From Nitrosopumilus sp. (GTDB taxonomy: Archaea; Thermoproteota; Nitrososphaeria; Nitrososphaerales; Nitrosopumilaceae), in NCBI GenBank assembly GCA_965207445.1, contig CBDBLX010000002.1, positions 2,424,124 to 2,488,123 of the forward strand: DNA of 64,000 nt, in the 5' to 3' direction. Below the pieces are notes generated by a model. It had not been told where the DNA came from and made no database searches. It saw only the letters and a program-made list of their open reading frames with translations. Positions 30,594-40,747 of the stretch are shown here, piece after piece. The first letter of the stretch is position 1. Every line of letters starts with the position of its first letter. The translations under genes and the position numbers were made by a program.

Positions 30594-31723
30594 TGTTTTG
30601 TTATATCCTCCAAGGCGTCTAATAATGCAACATTGTCTTTGTGTCTTTTGATAGCCACACGTATATGATTATTGTCATGTATGCCTCTAAAATCAGAACA
30701 ATCTCGTACTAGAATACGGTATTTTTCTATTAGTTTTGCTTGCAGTGTTGAAGAGTCAATTTGTGTGCGCAATAAAATAAAGTTTGCATCTGTGTGATAA
30801 TATTCTATACCATCAATATCTGCAAGTCTGTTTTGCATATATGTTGATTCTTTGTGTATGAATTGGCGCGTCTTTGCAAGTGTCTCTTTGGCATTTTGTA
30901 GCGCCATTGCACCTATAGTTGATGCAACATTATTTACACTCCACGGCACTTTGACTCTGTATAGTATATCTATAACGTCATCTGAAGCTATTGCATATCC
31001 TAGACGAATTCCTGCCAACCCAAATGATTTTGTCATGGAGCGTACAACTATCAAATGTTCATATTTTGGAACAAATGATAAAACAGATGCAAGTGGATTA
31101 GAACATAGTTCAATAAAGCATTCGTCGACTATCACATGACACTTGCGTTTCTTTGGCTTGCTAGTTATGGTGGCAGCAGCATCAAGTATACTTTTCATAT
31201 GCTTGCGTGGCAATAAACGTCCAGTAGGATTGTTTGGATTGCATACAAATATCATTCCAGTATAATTATCATTTTGAGTGGTAGTGATCTTTTTGATAAA
31301 CTCATCGATATCAGATGCCATATCCATACTCTCAAAGTGTATAATTCGTTTGTTGCCATGATGTAATCGAATAGCAGTCTCGTATTCTTGGAACGTAGGA
31401 GATGGGATCAATATTTGACCTTTTTGTGCAAATGCAAAAGATACATTATATATGATTTCAATTGCGCCATTTGCAGCAATAATATTTGATCGTTTCATAT
31501 GAATATATTTTGATAATTCTGTGATAAACTTACGTGATGCTGGATCTGGATATTCAGAAATATTATAATTTATGTTATCTTTTTTTAATGCTAAAGGGGC
31601 ACGTAATGGAGTTGTGTTTGAGCTAAAATCTATCAAAAATTTATGATTATTTGGGTCAATTGCAAGTTTGCCGCCATGTTTTGCTGGCGTGTGTTGTGTA
31701 ATGCGAGATGGTATTTGATTCAT
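30590..31723 (-). CDS. cobD: PLP-dependent threonine-phosphate decarboxylase (CobD/HisC family)
   Basis: HGG, DFSSN, CNPNNPTG, DECFIEL, RSMTKSFGLAGIRLGY; first gene of cob operon. Confidence 0.85.
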   Translation of the reverse strand: MNQIPSRITQHTPAKHGGKLAIDPNNHKFLIDFSSNTTPLRAPLALKKDNINYNISEYPDPASRKFITELSKYIHMKRSNIIAANGAIEIIYNVSFAFAQKGQILIPSPTFQEYETAIRLHHGNKRIIHFESMDMASDIDEFIKKITTTQNDNYTGMIFVCNPNNPTGRLLPRKHMKSILDAAATITSKPKKRKCHVIVDECFIELCSNPLASVLSFVPKYEHLIVVRSMTKSFGLAGIRLGYAIASDDVIDILYRVKVPWSVNNVASTIGAMALQNAKETLAKTRQFIHKESTYMQNRLADIDGIEYYHTDANFILLRTQIDSSTLQAKLIEKYRILVRDCSDFRGIHDNNHIRVAIKRHKDNVALLDALEDITKQ

Positions 31724-31866
31724 GCAATGTGTGTGAGATTAGATAGTATAGTATCTTTTGGGTATGTATGTGTGTAGTGGCATATACCAAGTCTACAAAG
31801 AGCAATCATGAGAGAACAATATCAACAAAGGTGTCAATATAATTTTATAAAATATTTTATTTGTAA

Positions 31867-32961
31867 ATGAGTATGACAAACTCATATGCAATAGGGGTGG
31901 ATCTGGGCGGTACAAAGACTGAGGTAGTGTTATGTATTCATAATGATGGTGGGGGTAATTATGGTGGCGGTGATTATGGTGGTAGTGTCAGTAATCGTGA
32001 TGGCAGTAATTATGGTGGTAGTGTCAGTAATCGTGATGTCGGCAATCATGATAGAAACCACGATAACAGCATAACAGTCAAAGAACGTATCAGGGTTAAG
32101 ACACCAAGTGACAATTATGATAAGATAGTAAACACAATTGTAGATTTAATCACTTGCGTATCAAAACAACTTCCAAATGGACTAGAGGATGTAAAGAGAA
32201 TAGGAGTTGGAACACCAGGTACCGAATATGGCGCAAAAAAATTAATCACAAATAGTAATACCAAATCACTTCAAGACAGACCGCTACGCCGTGACATACA
32301 ACATAAGATAGGTAGAGAGATTACAATTGAGAATGATGCAAACTGCTTTGCATTGGCAGAAGCAGTGCTAGGGGCAGGTACCACATACAATACAATATTT
32401 GGAGTAATAATGGGAACAGGTGTCGGTGGGGGTATTATAATTGACAAAAAGATACACAAGGGTAGAACAGGCATGTCAGGTGAGTGGGGACACCACACAC
32501 TTCACACTAGAGGTAACCTGTGCTATTGTGGAAGACGCGGGTGTGTTGAGACGTACATTAGCGGACCTGCTCTTGAGCGAAGATGGATGGAACTTACACG
32601 CAACAAGATGAATATGCCACAGATCATATCTCATATAGTGACAAAACAAAACATCGGTGGTGGCAGCAGTGGCAACAATAACAATAATTCAAGTAGAAAT
32701 AACAAAACAGAGCAAAATGGTGAGCGCATGTGGCATCAAGAAGCTTTAGAGAACTTTGGCCATGCACTTGCAAATGTAATTAATATTATAGATCCCGATG
32801 CCATAATACTTGGTGGAGGATTATCAAACATACCAATGTGGTATGATGAAGGAGTAAAATCTGTACGAGAAAAGATATTCTCGCATGTGGCATCGGACAT
32901 ACCAATTTTAAAAAACAGGTTAGGTGACTCTGCAGGTGTTATAGGAGCTTGTTTAATATGA
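31867..32961 (+). CDS. ROK family sugar kinase with low-complexity insertions
   Basis: GVDLGGTK, ENDANCFALAE, GTGVGGG, GEWGH..L...CYCG..GCVE. Confidence 0.92.
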   Translation: MSMTNSYAIGVDLGGTKTEVVLCIHNDGGGNYGGGDYGGSVSNRDGSNYGGSVSNRDVGNHDRNHDNSITVKERIRVKTPSDNYDKIVNTIVDLITCVSKQLPNGLEDVKRIGVGTPGTEYGAKKLITNSNTKSLQDRPLRRDIQHKIGREITIENDANCFALAEAVLGAGTTYNTIFGVIMGTGVGGGIIIDKKIHKGRTGMSGEWGHHTLHTRGNLCYCGRRGCVETYISGPALERRWMELTRNKMNMPQIISHIVTKQNIGGGSSGNNNNNSSRNNKTEQNGERMWHQEALENFGHALANVINIIDPDAIILGGGLSNIPMWYDEGVKSVREKIFSHVASDIPILKNRLGDSAGVIGACLI

Positions 32962-33140
32962 ATACCACTACATGCAACTGTTCAGATCCACAAATATGTA
33001 TAAATTCACCACTTAATATGGCGTAGACGTAGGGATTAAACAGTGACGACAAAAAACACATTCCGGGGATTAATCTCTAACATAATACAACGAAACATCC
33101 TGGCATAATACCTTAATAGATAAATACGTTCATCAAACTA

Positions 33141-33842
33141 TTGGTAAAAAAGATCAACTCAAAAAATAATGTTGTTTATCCTGCAGATTACAAACCACAC
33201 GTAACAGATGATAATACCAATACAAATGATGAATCTGTTATTAGAAACAAGCTCTTAAACTTCATACTACACTCAAAATACACATCATCGGATGATCAAG
33301 AATTAGGTACGGTTCCAATTAATACTGATCTGTTTGACGCGATGGCATCAAGGCGCTCTACTCGAAAATTTAGCAACAAACCAGTAGAGCCTGAAAAGGT
33401 TGACAAAATTATAGCAGCAGCAGATACAGCCCCTACAGCAGGTAATTACCAAGGTTTTGAGATATTTTTGATTCGCAGTCCCAAGGTAAAAGAAAAGTTG
33501 GTAAAGGCATGCAATAAACAACCATATGTAAATGCGCCACTTGTGTTGGTGTTTTGTAAAAATCCCTCTAGAGTAAAGTTTGATTTTGATGATTATATAC
33601 TCAAAAAATTTGCAATACAAGATGCCACACTAGCAGCAGGATACTCACAACTAGCAGCGCAGGCATTAGGACTTAGTTCTATATGGATTGGAATGTTTGA
33701 TGAAAAGATGGTCATGGATGCAATTGGTACTGACTTGGTGCCATCTTCTTTGTTGTGTGTGGGATATCCAAAACAGACCAAATATCCAAAACCTAGGCGA
33801 AATCTCTCTGATCTAGTACATGTTGTATACGATGAAAAATGA
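33141..33842 (+). CDS. Nitroreductase family protein
   Basis: RRSTRKF, APTAGN.Q, LGLSSIWIG, VGYP. Confidence 0.9.
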   Translation: MVKKINSKNNVVYPADYKPHVTDDNTNTNDESVIRNKLLNFILHSKYTSSDDQELGTVPINTDLFDAMASRRSTRKFSNKPVEPEKVDKIIAAADTAPTAGNYQGFEIFLIRSPKVKEKLVKACNKQPYVNAPLVLVFCKNPSRVKFDFDDYILKKFAIQDATLAAGYSQLAAQALGLSSIWIGMFDEKMVMDAIGTDLVPSSLLCVGYPKQTKYPKPRRNLSDLVHVVYDEK

Positions 33843-34202
33843 TCAATCCTTCCAATTAAACATTATACTTAAAAAGAATTTAATAAAAATGTTTTAATTA
33901 CTAGCGCTGTGGTTATGTATTTTTTAATAATTATAAAAACAATTTTTGTAAAATCATTTAAATCAAAAACAATTAAAATTTTATTGATTGTATTTAGAGT
34001 TTGACTGCACAGCACCAGTAAACAAATGTATTTACTCACAGTTATGTTGTAATTTGTCACAATTTTATCAAAATGGCAATAATTATTATATACATATAAA
34101 ATCTACATTTTATATATCATATATAATTATATATAGTCACATAATATAACAACCAGCATATACAAAACGCCATTTATATGATCTTCATTTAACATACAAC
34201 TA

Positions 34203-35747
34203 TCATTGAGGTTCGATAGTTGCAGGTGGCTTGCTTGATATTGCATAAGAGACCCATGTCACATTCTCAATCTCGTTTGTTATTCGATTGCTCATCTTCT
34301 CAAGCAGATCATGGGACAGACGCGTCCAATCAGCAGTCATTGCATCAACAGAATTAACAACTCTGATCATTACAATATTCCCATACATACGTCCATCACC
34401 GACCACGCCAACTGCTTTGTCATCACCAACAGCAGCATATGCTTGCCAGACCTCATCATATAACCCAGCATTCACAAGTTCACTTTCCACTATCATACCA
34501 GCAGTACGAGCAATATGCAACTTTTCTAGAGTCACCTCACCTATAATACGAACAGCCAAACCTGGGCCAGGAAACGGATGTCGCATGTAGATATCTTTGG
34601 GTACTTGTAGTATACGTGCAACTTGTCTCACCTCATCTTTGTACAAGTCACGCAGAGGCTCTAACACCTTGAGATCAAGCCATTTAGGTAAGCCACCAAC
34701 ATTATGGTGAGATTTGATCACTTCAGCAGGTCCTTTTGATACACCACTCTCAATGACATCCGGATACAACGTTCCCTGTGCAAGCCAATCAAAAGAACCG
34801 TTGCTTTTTGCAAAATTGCTAAACACTTTGACAAACTCTTCACCAATTATCTCTCTTTTTGCTTCTGGGTCCGATACCCCTCTTAGTTTACTCAAAAAAG
34901 CATCTGTAGCATCAATAGCCTCAAAGTTTACCCCAAAATTATCACGAAATATGGTTGTAATCTCTTGAGCCTCTCCTTGGCGCAACAGACCATTATCAAC
35001 AAACACGCATTTGAGTCTATTGCCAATTGCCTTGTGTATTAATAGAGCAGCTACTGTAGAGTCCACACCTCCGCTCACACCACACAGCACATTACCAGAT
35101 ATAGATGCAATGTCAGATACTGCAGTATCTACAAACTTCTCCATTGTCCATTCTTGCTTTGCACGACATATGTTCAAAACAAAATTTTCTAGTATACGAG
35201 TGCCATGTTGGGTGTGAACTACTTCAGGGTGAAACTGTATACCATACACATGTTTACTATTAGAAGCAATTGCTGCTGCCTTTGAGTTTTCAGTATGGCC
35301 AATTACATTAAAGTCATCAGGTATTGATTCTGCCTCATCACCATGACTCATCCATGCACGTATAGAGCCTCCTATACCACGTAGTAAACTCGTATCATCA
35401 TCTATCGATAGAATAGATGAGCCGTACTCTCGATTTGCGCGTTTTACACGACCACCGTATCTGTCCACTATAATTTGATGCCCATAACATATTCCCAATA
35501 CGGGTAGTCCTAGATCAAATATACCATCAGCAGGAATTGGGGCATGTTCATCACTGACACTAGCAGGGCCTCCTGAAAAGATTATACCTTTTATATTATT
35601 ATTATCATTGATGAGTTTTTTGACATCTACATTATAGGGAACCAACTCTGCATATACTGAGAACTCTCTGATTCGCCTGCATATTAGATGGCTATACTGT
35701 GAGCCAAAATCAAGTACAATTATCTTCTCAATTATAGTTTCTGTCAC
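34203..35747 (-). CDS. guaA: GMP synthase (glutamine-hydrolysing)
   Basis: LDFGSQY, GICYG, FHPEV, SGGVDS, IKSHHNVGG, KPPATIE. Confidence 0.97.
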   Translation of the reverse strand: MTETIIEKIIVLDFGSQYSHLICRRIREFSVYAELVPYNVDVKKLINDNNNIKGIIFSGGPASVSDEHAPIPADGIFDLGLPVLGICYGHQIIVDRYGGRVKRANREYGSSILSIDDDTSLLRGIGGSIRAWMSHGDEAESIPDDFNVIGHTENSKAAAIASNSKHVYGIQFHPEVVHTQHGTRILENFVLNICRAKQEWTMEKFVDTAVSDIASISGNVLCGVSGGVDSTVAALLIHKAIGNRLKCVFVDNGLLRQGEAQEITTIFRDNFGVNFEAIDATDAFLSKLRGVSDPEAKREIIGEEFVKVFSNFAKSNGSFDWLAQGTLYPDVIESGVSKGPAEVIKSHHNVGGLPKWLDLKVLEPLRDLYKDEVRQVARILQVPKDIYMRHPFPGPGLAVRIIGEVTLEKLHIARTAGMIVESELVNAGLYDEVWQAYAAVGDDKAVGVVGDGRMYGNIVMIRVVNSVDAMTADWTRLSHDLLEKMSNRITNEIENVTWVSYAISSKPPATIEPQ

Positions 35748-35750
35748 TTG

Positions 35751-36443
35751 TCATTCACCACTGTCGTTGATCTGCTTCAGCATACGTCTAAATGACCACC
35801 CTACAGTGTTAAGTAGTTCCGTTGCGCGTCGCTCATCTCGATAATTTCTAATTATGACATTTATGATACGATTCGTATCAGGGTCAGTCTCCACATCATA
35901 ATCCATTGCAGATTGTGGTGTTAATGTGCCATTTTGAACTTCTTCTTGATCTTTTCTTTTCATCTGCTCTAGTATCTTTTTGACAAAAAAAGAGTCAAAT
36001 GGTTCTACGTCAGTACTCAAGTTTAATGGGGCATCATCAGATATCATGATACTAATATAGTCAGGTGTTCTATACGCATTCGCAATTATCTGATCAGTGT
36101 TATTACCGTGTATAGGAGTGATGAGAGGATCTTTTGTCTGTTGTGTTGTATTTGCATTATTTTGTGTATCGGCACTTTGATTTTTGTCAGTGGGTGACGG
36201 TGATGTCTGTTGTTGAGTTATACTAGCAGTATTATTTTGTTCATAATCAGAAGATTCATCAGGTATGTTTTGCTCTTGTATTAGATCAGCGGCGTTTGTA
36301 AAACTTGATTCTGCGACTACACGATCAAGTATTTCCCAATTTTGCTCTAGTATTTTTAACTCTTTTTTATGAGCCTCGATCTTTGACTCTAATCTCTTTT
36401 GTATCGCAAGAACATTTTTTATTTCATTTTCTGAGAGCTTCAT
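35751..36443 (-). CDS. Hypothetical protein (N-terminal coiled coil)
   Basis: Long ORF ending 3 nt before the guaA start; same strand. Confidence 0.75.
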   Translation of the reverse strand: MKLSENEIKNVLAIQKRLESKIEAHKKELKILEQNWEILDRVVAESSFTNAADLIQEQNIPDESSDYEQNNTASITQQQTSPSPTDKNQSADTQNNANTTQQTKDPLITPIHGNNTDQIIANAYRTPDYISIMISDDAPLNLSTDVEPFDSFFVKKILEQMKRKDQEEVQNGTLTPQSAMDYDVETDPDTNRIINVIIRNYRDERRATELLNTVGWSFRRMLKQINDSGE

Positions 36444-36492
36444 GGCCTTGGCAAACGTTGACTGATATTAAATTCATTCTAGTCATCGCATA

Positions 36493-37302
36493 TCAGTTAT
36501 TTACTATAGTAGTCTTGTCTAGTATCGAGTCTATACTACCATATGCAATAGATTCAACTCCTTCAATCACACTATCACCATCACCATCATCACCAGATAT
36601 CGCATATATGCGACAAGCCAAAGAACTATCATTTACAATCCACCTCTCCAAGAGTTCTTTTCCAATCTTCATCTTTTGCACCTTTGTTGCATAATCGGAT
36701 TTAGTAGTATTGGAGTATTGTCCAACTTTAAATCCAAAGTCCATACCAAACAGTACAATACACCTTGGCATAAAATGAGTTGCCAAGAATATTGCCCTAT
36801 CTCCGTCTGTAAATCCACCAAAGTTTTGAATATGACGTACAGGTGCAGTCTGAGTAGTGCCAATACATCTTTTGTACTGTTTTGCATAATGTAGCATGTG
36901 TGTATTATCTGCATGTGCATGTACTACCATTATGGCACCATACTCAGATGCTTTTGTATGAGAAGCCATGTCACCGTCAAGATCTGTGACAACTACATTG
37001 GGTATAATCTTATGTTCTAATAATGGTTTTAATGAAGTATCAGATGCAATAACAACAACATTTTTTGCATAATGTTCAATTGTATCAAATGAGTCATGTA
37101 AAGACGGACCAGATCCCACCACAAAGACATCTCTGTCTTTGATCAAGGTATGTAATATGGAATTTGTATCAAAGACAACTTGTTTGTTTAATATATCTGC
37201 AAGCATCTCTGCACTCTTTTTATCTGCTCTTACATTACACTCAAAGTTGGCAGATATCACATCATACATTTGATGCCACACATCATTTCCCAACATATTC
37301 AA
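36493..37302 (-). CDS. mptE: 6-hydroxymethyl-7,8-dihydropterin pyrophosphokinase (DUF115)
   Basis: GSGPSL, VTDLDG, VHAHADN, NFGGFTDGDRA, GMDF; divergent from folP. Confidence 0.88.
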   Translation of the reverse strand: MNMLGNDVWHQMYDVISANFECNVRADKKSAEMLADILNKQVVFDTNSILHTLIKDRDVFVVGSGPSLHDSFDTIEHYAKNVVVIASDTSLKPLLEHKIIPNVVVTDLDGDMASHTKASEYGAIMVVHAHADNTHMLHYAKQYKRCIGTTQTAPVRHIQNFGGFTDGDRAIFLATHFMPRCIVLFGMDFGFKVGQYSNTTKSDYATKVQKMKIGKELLERWIVNDSSLACRIYAISGDDGDGDSVIEGVESIAYGSIDSILDKTTIVNN

Positions 37303-37345
37303 ACATAGGATTCAATTATGATATATCTTGTTAAATCCTTGTAGA

Positions 37346-38248
37346 ATGGATATTAAAAAAATATGTAGTACAAAAAAGATACACATTATGGGAATACTCA
37401 ACACTAGCCCAGAATCATTTTACAAGAGTTCCATACACACAACAATACAGTCCATTTGGGATCGAGCAAAAGCGATCGAGGACGAAGGGGGCTCAATAAT
37501 CGATGTGGGTGGAATGTCTACTGCACCATATCTAAACACTATGGTGTCACAACAAACAGAGACTGAGCGCATTATAATGGCAATCAAAACCATCAAAAAT
37601 GCTTGTAACCTTCCAATATCAATCGATACATGTAGAGCCGAAGTGGCGCAAGCGGCCCTAAAAGAAGATGGAATAAGTATAATCAATGACATTACTGGTT
37701 TAAAATATGATCAAAAAATGGCAGATGTTATAAAACTGTATGATGCATCAGTTATACTTGGCGCATACGGCGGCAAAAATCACAAAATTACACACGCAAT
37801 AAACAAAAACAACAGCAAGCCAAAAAATACACACAATGCAAACGTGCAGATGGTAAGAACTCTGCTTGAGCAGAGTTTTAAGATTGCATTAGATGCAGGC
37901 ATTAAAACATCCAAGATTGCAATAGATCCGTCGATCGGATTCTTTCGAGACAAGGCTACTGGAGATTTTTATACAAAGATATCATCAGACTGGATTACAC
38001 GAGACATTGAGATATTATCGAATTTAGCAAAACTCAGACATAAACAATACACTACACCAATTGTTGTATCAGTATCAAACAAGTCATTTTTGGGTAGTAT
38101 CACAGATCGTAAACATGCACACGAGCGAATACATGCATCAGTAGCAGCAGAAACTATTGCCATGATGTATGGTGCAAACATAATTAGAACGCATAATGTG
38201 GCAGCAGCGCATGATGCAGCACTGACAGTGTCTCGACTTGATATTTAG
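37346..38248 (+). CDS. folP: Dihydropteroate synthase
   Basis: MGILN.SPESF, DVGGMSTAP, SIDT, IDPSIGF, SNKSF, IRTHNV. Confidence 0.93.
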   Translation: MDIKKICSTKKIHIMGILNTSPESFYKSSIHTTIQSIWDRAKAIEDEGGSIIDVGGMSTAPYLNTMVSQQTETERIIMAIKTIKNACNLPISIDTCRAEVAQAALKEDGISIINDITGLKYDQKMADVIKLYDASVILGAYGGKNHKITHAINKNNSKPKNTHNANVQMVRTLLEQSFKIALDAGIKTSKIAIDPSIGFFRDKATGDFYTKISSDWITRDIEILSNLAKLRHKQYTTPIVVSVSNKSFLGSITDRKHAHERIHASVAAETIAMMYGANIIRTHNVAAAHDAALTVSRLDI

Positions 38249-38303
38249 AAAAACAAGTAATATGTTCTGTACATATAACATAGAATAGACCTTATGCACA
38301 ATC

Positions 38304-38384
38304 GTAACCGTTCAACCCCCGTACCTGCGCCAGACATTAGGCGGTGAATTTGTGCCTAAATTTGGGAAGGGGTTGAACGGTTAC
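38304..38384 (+). mobile_element. Miniature inverted-repeat element, copy A (81 bp)
   Basis: Perfect 16-bp TIRs GTAACCGTTCAACCCC...GGGGTTGAACGGTTAC; homologous to copies B and C. Confidence 0.9.
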
Positions 38385-38596
38385 ATGTTGTGTTGAGTAT
38401 GCATGAATTCTAAGTTCCCGCCACGTTTGAGAATATTGAAACTCCACATAAATTTAAGTTCATTTACTGTTTTGGTAAATTTTTCTATTATCTTGTATTT
38501 TTTCTGAGTTATTTCTTTTTGTACTTGTAACTGTAGTTTTGTTTTTTGAAGTTCTTCTTTTAAATCTCTTATAGTTTGCTCTTGTTGTAATGTCAA
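38381..38596 (-). pseudogene. Coiled-coil ORF fragment ending inside MITE copy A
   Basis: QEQTIRDLKEELQKTKLQL heptads; its stop codon lies in the MITE TIR. Confidence 0.35.
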
Positions 38597-38750
38597 GTGT
38601 GTGACCTAAATGCGACCATATATTAAATGTTTGGATAAATTTTCATAAATGATTATAAATAATTTTAAAATTAACTGATCAAAAATATTTAATATAATCT
38701 TTTAAATATAAAAAAATAATATGTACTGATAAAATATCGATTATGTATAA

Positions 38751-39035
38751 GATCTATTTGTCAAATATCCGGGCATGCCATCTACCAACAACAAATCCGA
38801 ACGATCACTGTGGCGCGTCGTGATTCACAAAAAGATTCGTCAGATGTTTCGCAGTACAACAGGAATGGAAGTTTATGATATATTGATGTCGTGTATGATG
38901 ACGTGGTATGATCAGGACAAGGATCTTGTAAAGAATATTCATGACACCATCATGGCAAGCTAAATCATTTACCCAACTTCAACGCATAGCGGTGGTTGTG
39001 TGTTGAGGTGTACAGGTAGAGGGTTTAACTGTTAC
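38751..39035 (+). mobile_element. IS66-family transposase C-terminal remnant with right TIR
   Basis: PSTNNKSERSLWRVVIHKKIRQMFRS..G matches the IS66 TNNxxERxLRxxVxxRK motif; ends GGGTTTAACTGTTAC, 13/15 to the MITE TIR. Confidence 0.8.
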
Positions 39036-39132
39036 GATCCTTCTTTGCGAAAGCCTTATTTTTACACATCAACGACTTTGGAATTCGGTCTGTTACTAAA
39101 ATCCATAAAAAAAGAAAGGGGGTGGTTGGTGG

Positions 39133-39234
39133 CTATTTCTCTTGGTAGCCATCGTATTCTTCGTTGTTCGGATTGCACTGGTCTGAATGGTTGTCAAGGT
39201 CGTCTTTGTCGCCAGTGCCGGTATATTTCTCCAT
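39133..39234 (-). CDS. 33-aa acidic microprotein with DNHxxQxNPNN motif (not in ORF track)
   Basis: MEKYTGTGDKDDLDNHSDQCNPNNEEYDGYQEK followed by a T-rich terminator-like run on the minus strand. Confidence 0.55.
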   Translation of the reverse strand: MEKYTGTGDKDDLDNHSDQCNPNNEEYDGYQEK

Positions 39235-39348
39235 ATGTCTACTGCGATAAAAGGTACTTTATGGGTGCTGTTGACACGCAATACCACCGACGACCCTAGA
39301 GAATTGGCTGGTATTGGCGTTTATTAATATCAAAGAGTATGGTCAATT

Positions 39349-40161
39349 GTGTCAGAAACGAATAGTATAGACTGCAGAAAGAAGGACATACACTCCATCG
39401 TAAAACGCTATCCCGGAATATCTAAGAGCAACATTGTCAAAAGATGCAGCACGGCATCTAAGAACACCGTCATAAAAACACTGGACTATATGGCCGAGAA
39501 TGGGGAATTGCAGGTAGAATACGGAGGCTTGAAGCGTGGCAAAAAACCGGGCAAGGTTACGAGGAATAAGAACAAAACTCAGCGGAGTATTATAGGGTAT
39601 TATGCCCCTGACTTTCCTATGGACAAGACTCTTGACAAGCAAGTGAAGGGCAATCTTGAAAAGCTTCGCAGCATAATTGATGAAATCGAGAACGACTCTG
39701 AAACATACAATTACACTCTCAAACTACAGGTAAACGGAATACTTGAGCATACGCTGGCATATATTCCGGAGTCGATAGCAGATCATCGGGATTATTATGC
39801 CAGTCTGCTTCAGTCACATGAGCGTGACATACATTACGAAACCTGTGAAGTTCTGGAACTCGTGGATGGGCGCGTGGATATTGATCCTGAGATCCGTCTA
39901 AAAGTGCGCTACATCTTGGGCAAGATCAGGGACAATCTTTGCCATATTGAACGTCAAAGAGCAAAACATGTCAAAGAAAAACAAAACGCGTCGTCCCCAA
40001 GCAAGCGCAAGGAGATCGACCAAAAGCTCGAGAAAGCCTGTAACGAATACGAGAAGCAACATAAGGCATTTCTTGGCCTCCGATTCAGGGTAGAGACACA
40101 AGACTTGAGCCATGAAGACGTAGAGAAGATCGCTGAGAAACATGGCGAATTGACAATGTAA
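39349..40161 (+). CDS. Island-encoded protein with N-terminal winged-helix and C-terminal coiled coil
   Basis: IVKRYPGISKSNIVK...SKNTVIKTLDYMAENGEL (wHTH-like); visibly higher GC than flanking genes. Confidence 0.65.
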   Translation: MSETNSIDCRKKDIHSIVKRYPGISKSNIVKRCSTASKNTVIKTLDYMAENGELQVEYGGLKRGKKPGKVTRNKNKTQRSIIGYYAPDFPMDKTLDKQVKGNLEKLRSIIDEIENDSETYNYTLKLQVNGILEHTLAYIPESIADHRDYYASLLQSHERDIHYETCEVLELVDGRVDIDPEIRLKVRYILGKIRDNLCHIERQRAKHVKEKQNASSPSKRKEIDQKLEKACNEYEKQHKAFLGLRFRVETQDLSHEDVEKIAEKHGELTM

Positions 40162-40608
40162 CTGTGATCGCCGATACCACAAAGGACGTCTCGAGTGTTG
40201 GACACATGCACGAAAAATTGACTAAAATCTCGGTATGTGACAGGGGGTCAAGGTTCAAACCGATTAATTATATGTAACCGGGAGACTCCAACTCTAATTG
40301 ATCAATTGGACGGACAAGTCGCCTGATCACACATAAAGGTACATGTCAGAAATTAGGCATGACGTGACCGCGTACATTTTTCAATAACTCTTGGTACAGG
40401 AAATCTTTTCTCCGGAAAAAAGACTGGACGTACCTTTTGTGGCGCGTGGTCTCTCCAGACATCATGAGGACACAGGTGGACGACTCCAAGGAGTCGCTCC
40501 TTTGTCTGGCAAACGATACACATTCTCCATATTTTAGCGCTCGGCTGCCTATTCCTAGCGGCTCTTCCAATCATGCATTCGCTTAAAAGCCACACGGCGC
40601 ATCATATA

Positions 40609-40689
40609 GTAACCGTTCAGCTCCTTCCCAAATTTAGGCACAGACTCACCGCCTAACGTCTGGCTCATGCACAAGGGTTGAACAGTTAC
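40609..40689 (-). mobile_element. Miniature inverted-repeat element, copy B (81 bp, inverted relative to A)
   Basis: GTAACCGTTCAG...GTTGAACAGTTAC; CTTCCCAAATTTAGGCACA is the reverse complement of the copy A core. Confidence 0.9.
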
Positions 40690-40747
40690 GAAACAAGATT
40701 GCTAGCAAAATTTATAATCGCCATACAGGAATTATAACAGGGTATAA

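Noticed and set aside
33031..33078. Stem AGGGATTAA/TTAATCTCT upstream of the nitroreductase
   Set aside because: A single 9-bp helix with no recognisable riboswitch or guide-RNA motif.
33141..33842. Nitroreductase as BluB
   Set aside because: Near but not within the cob operon, and I cannot identify BluB-specific residues; left as a generic family call.
40346..40595. Short ORFs as an integrase remnant (HLCPHDVWR)
   Set aside because: Only superficial similarity to the HxxR motif, with no other recombinase features.
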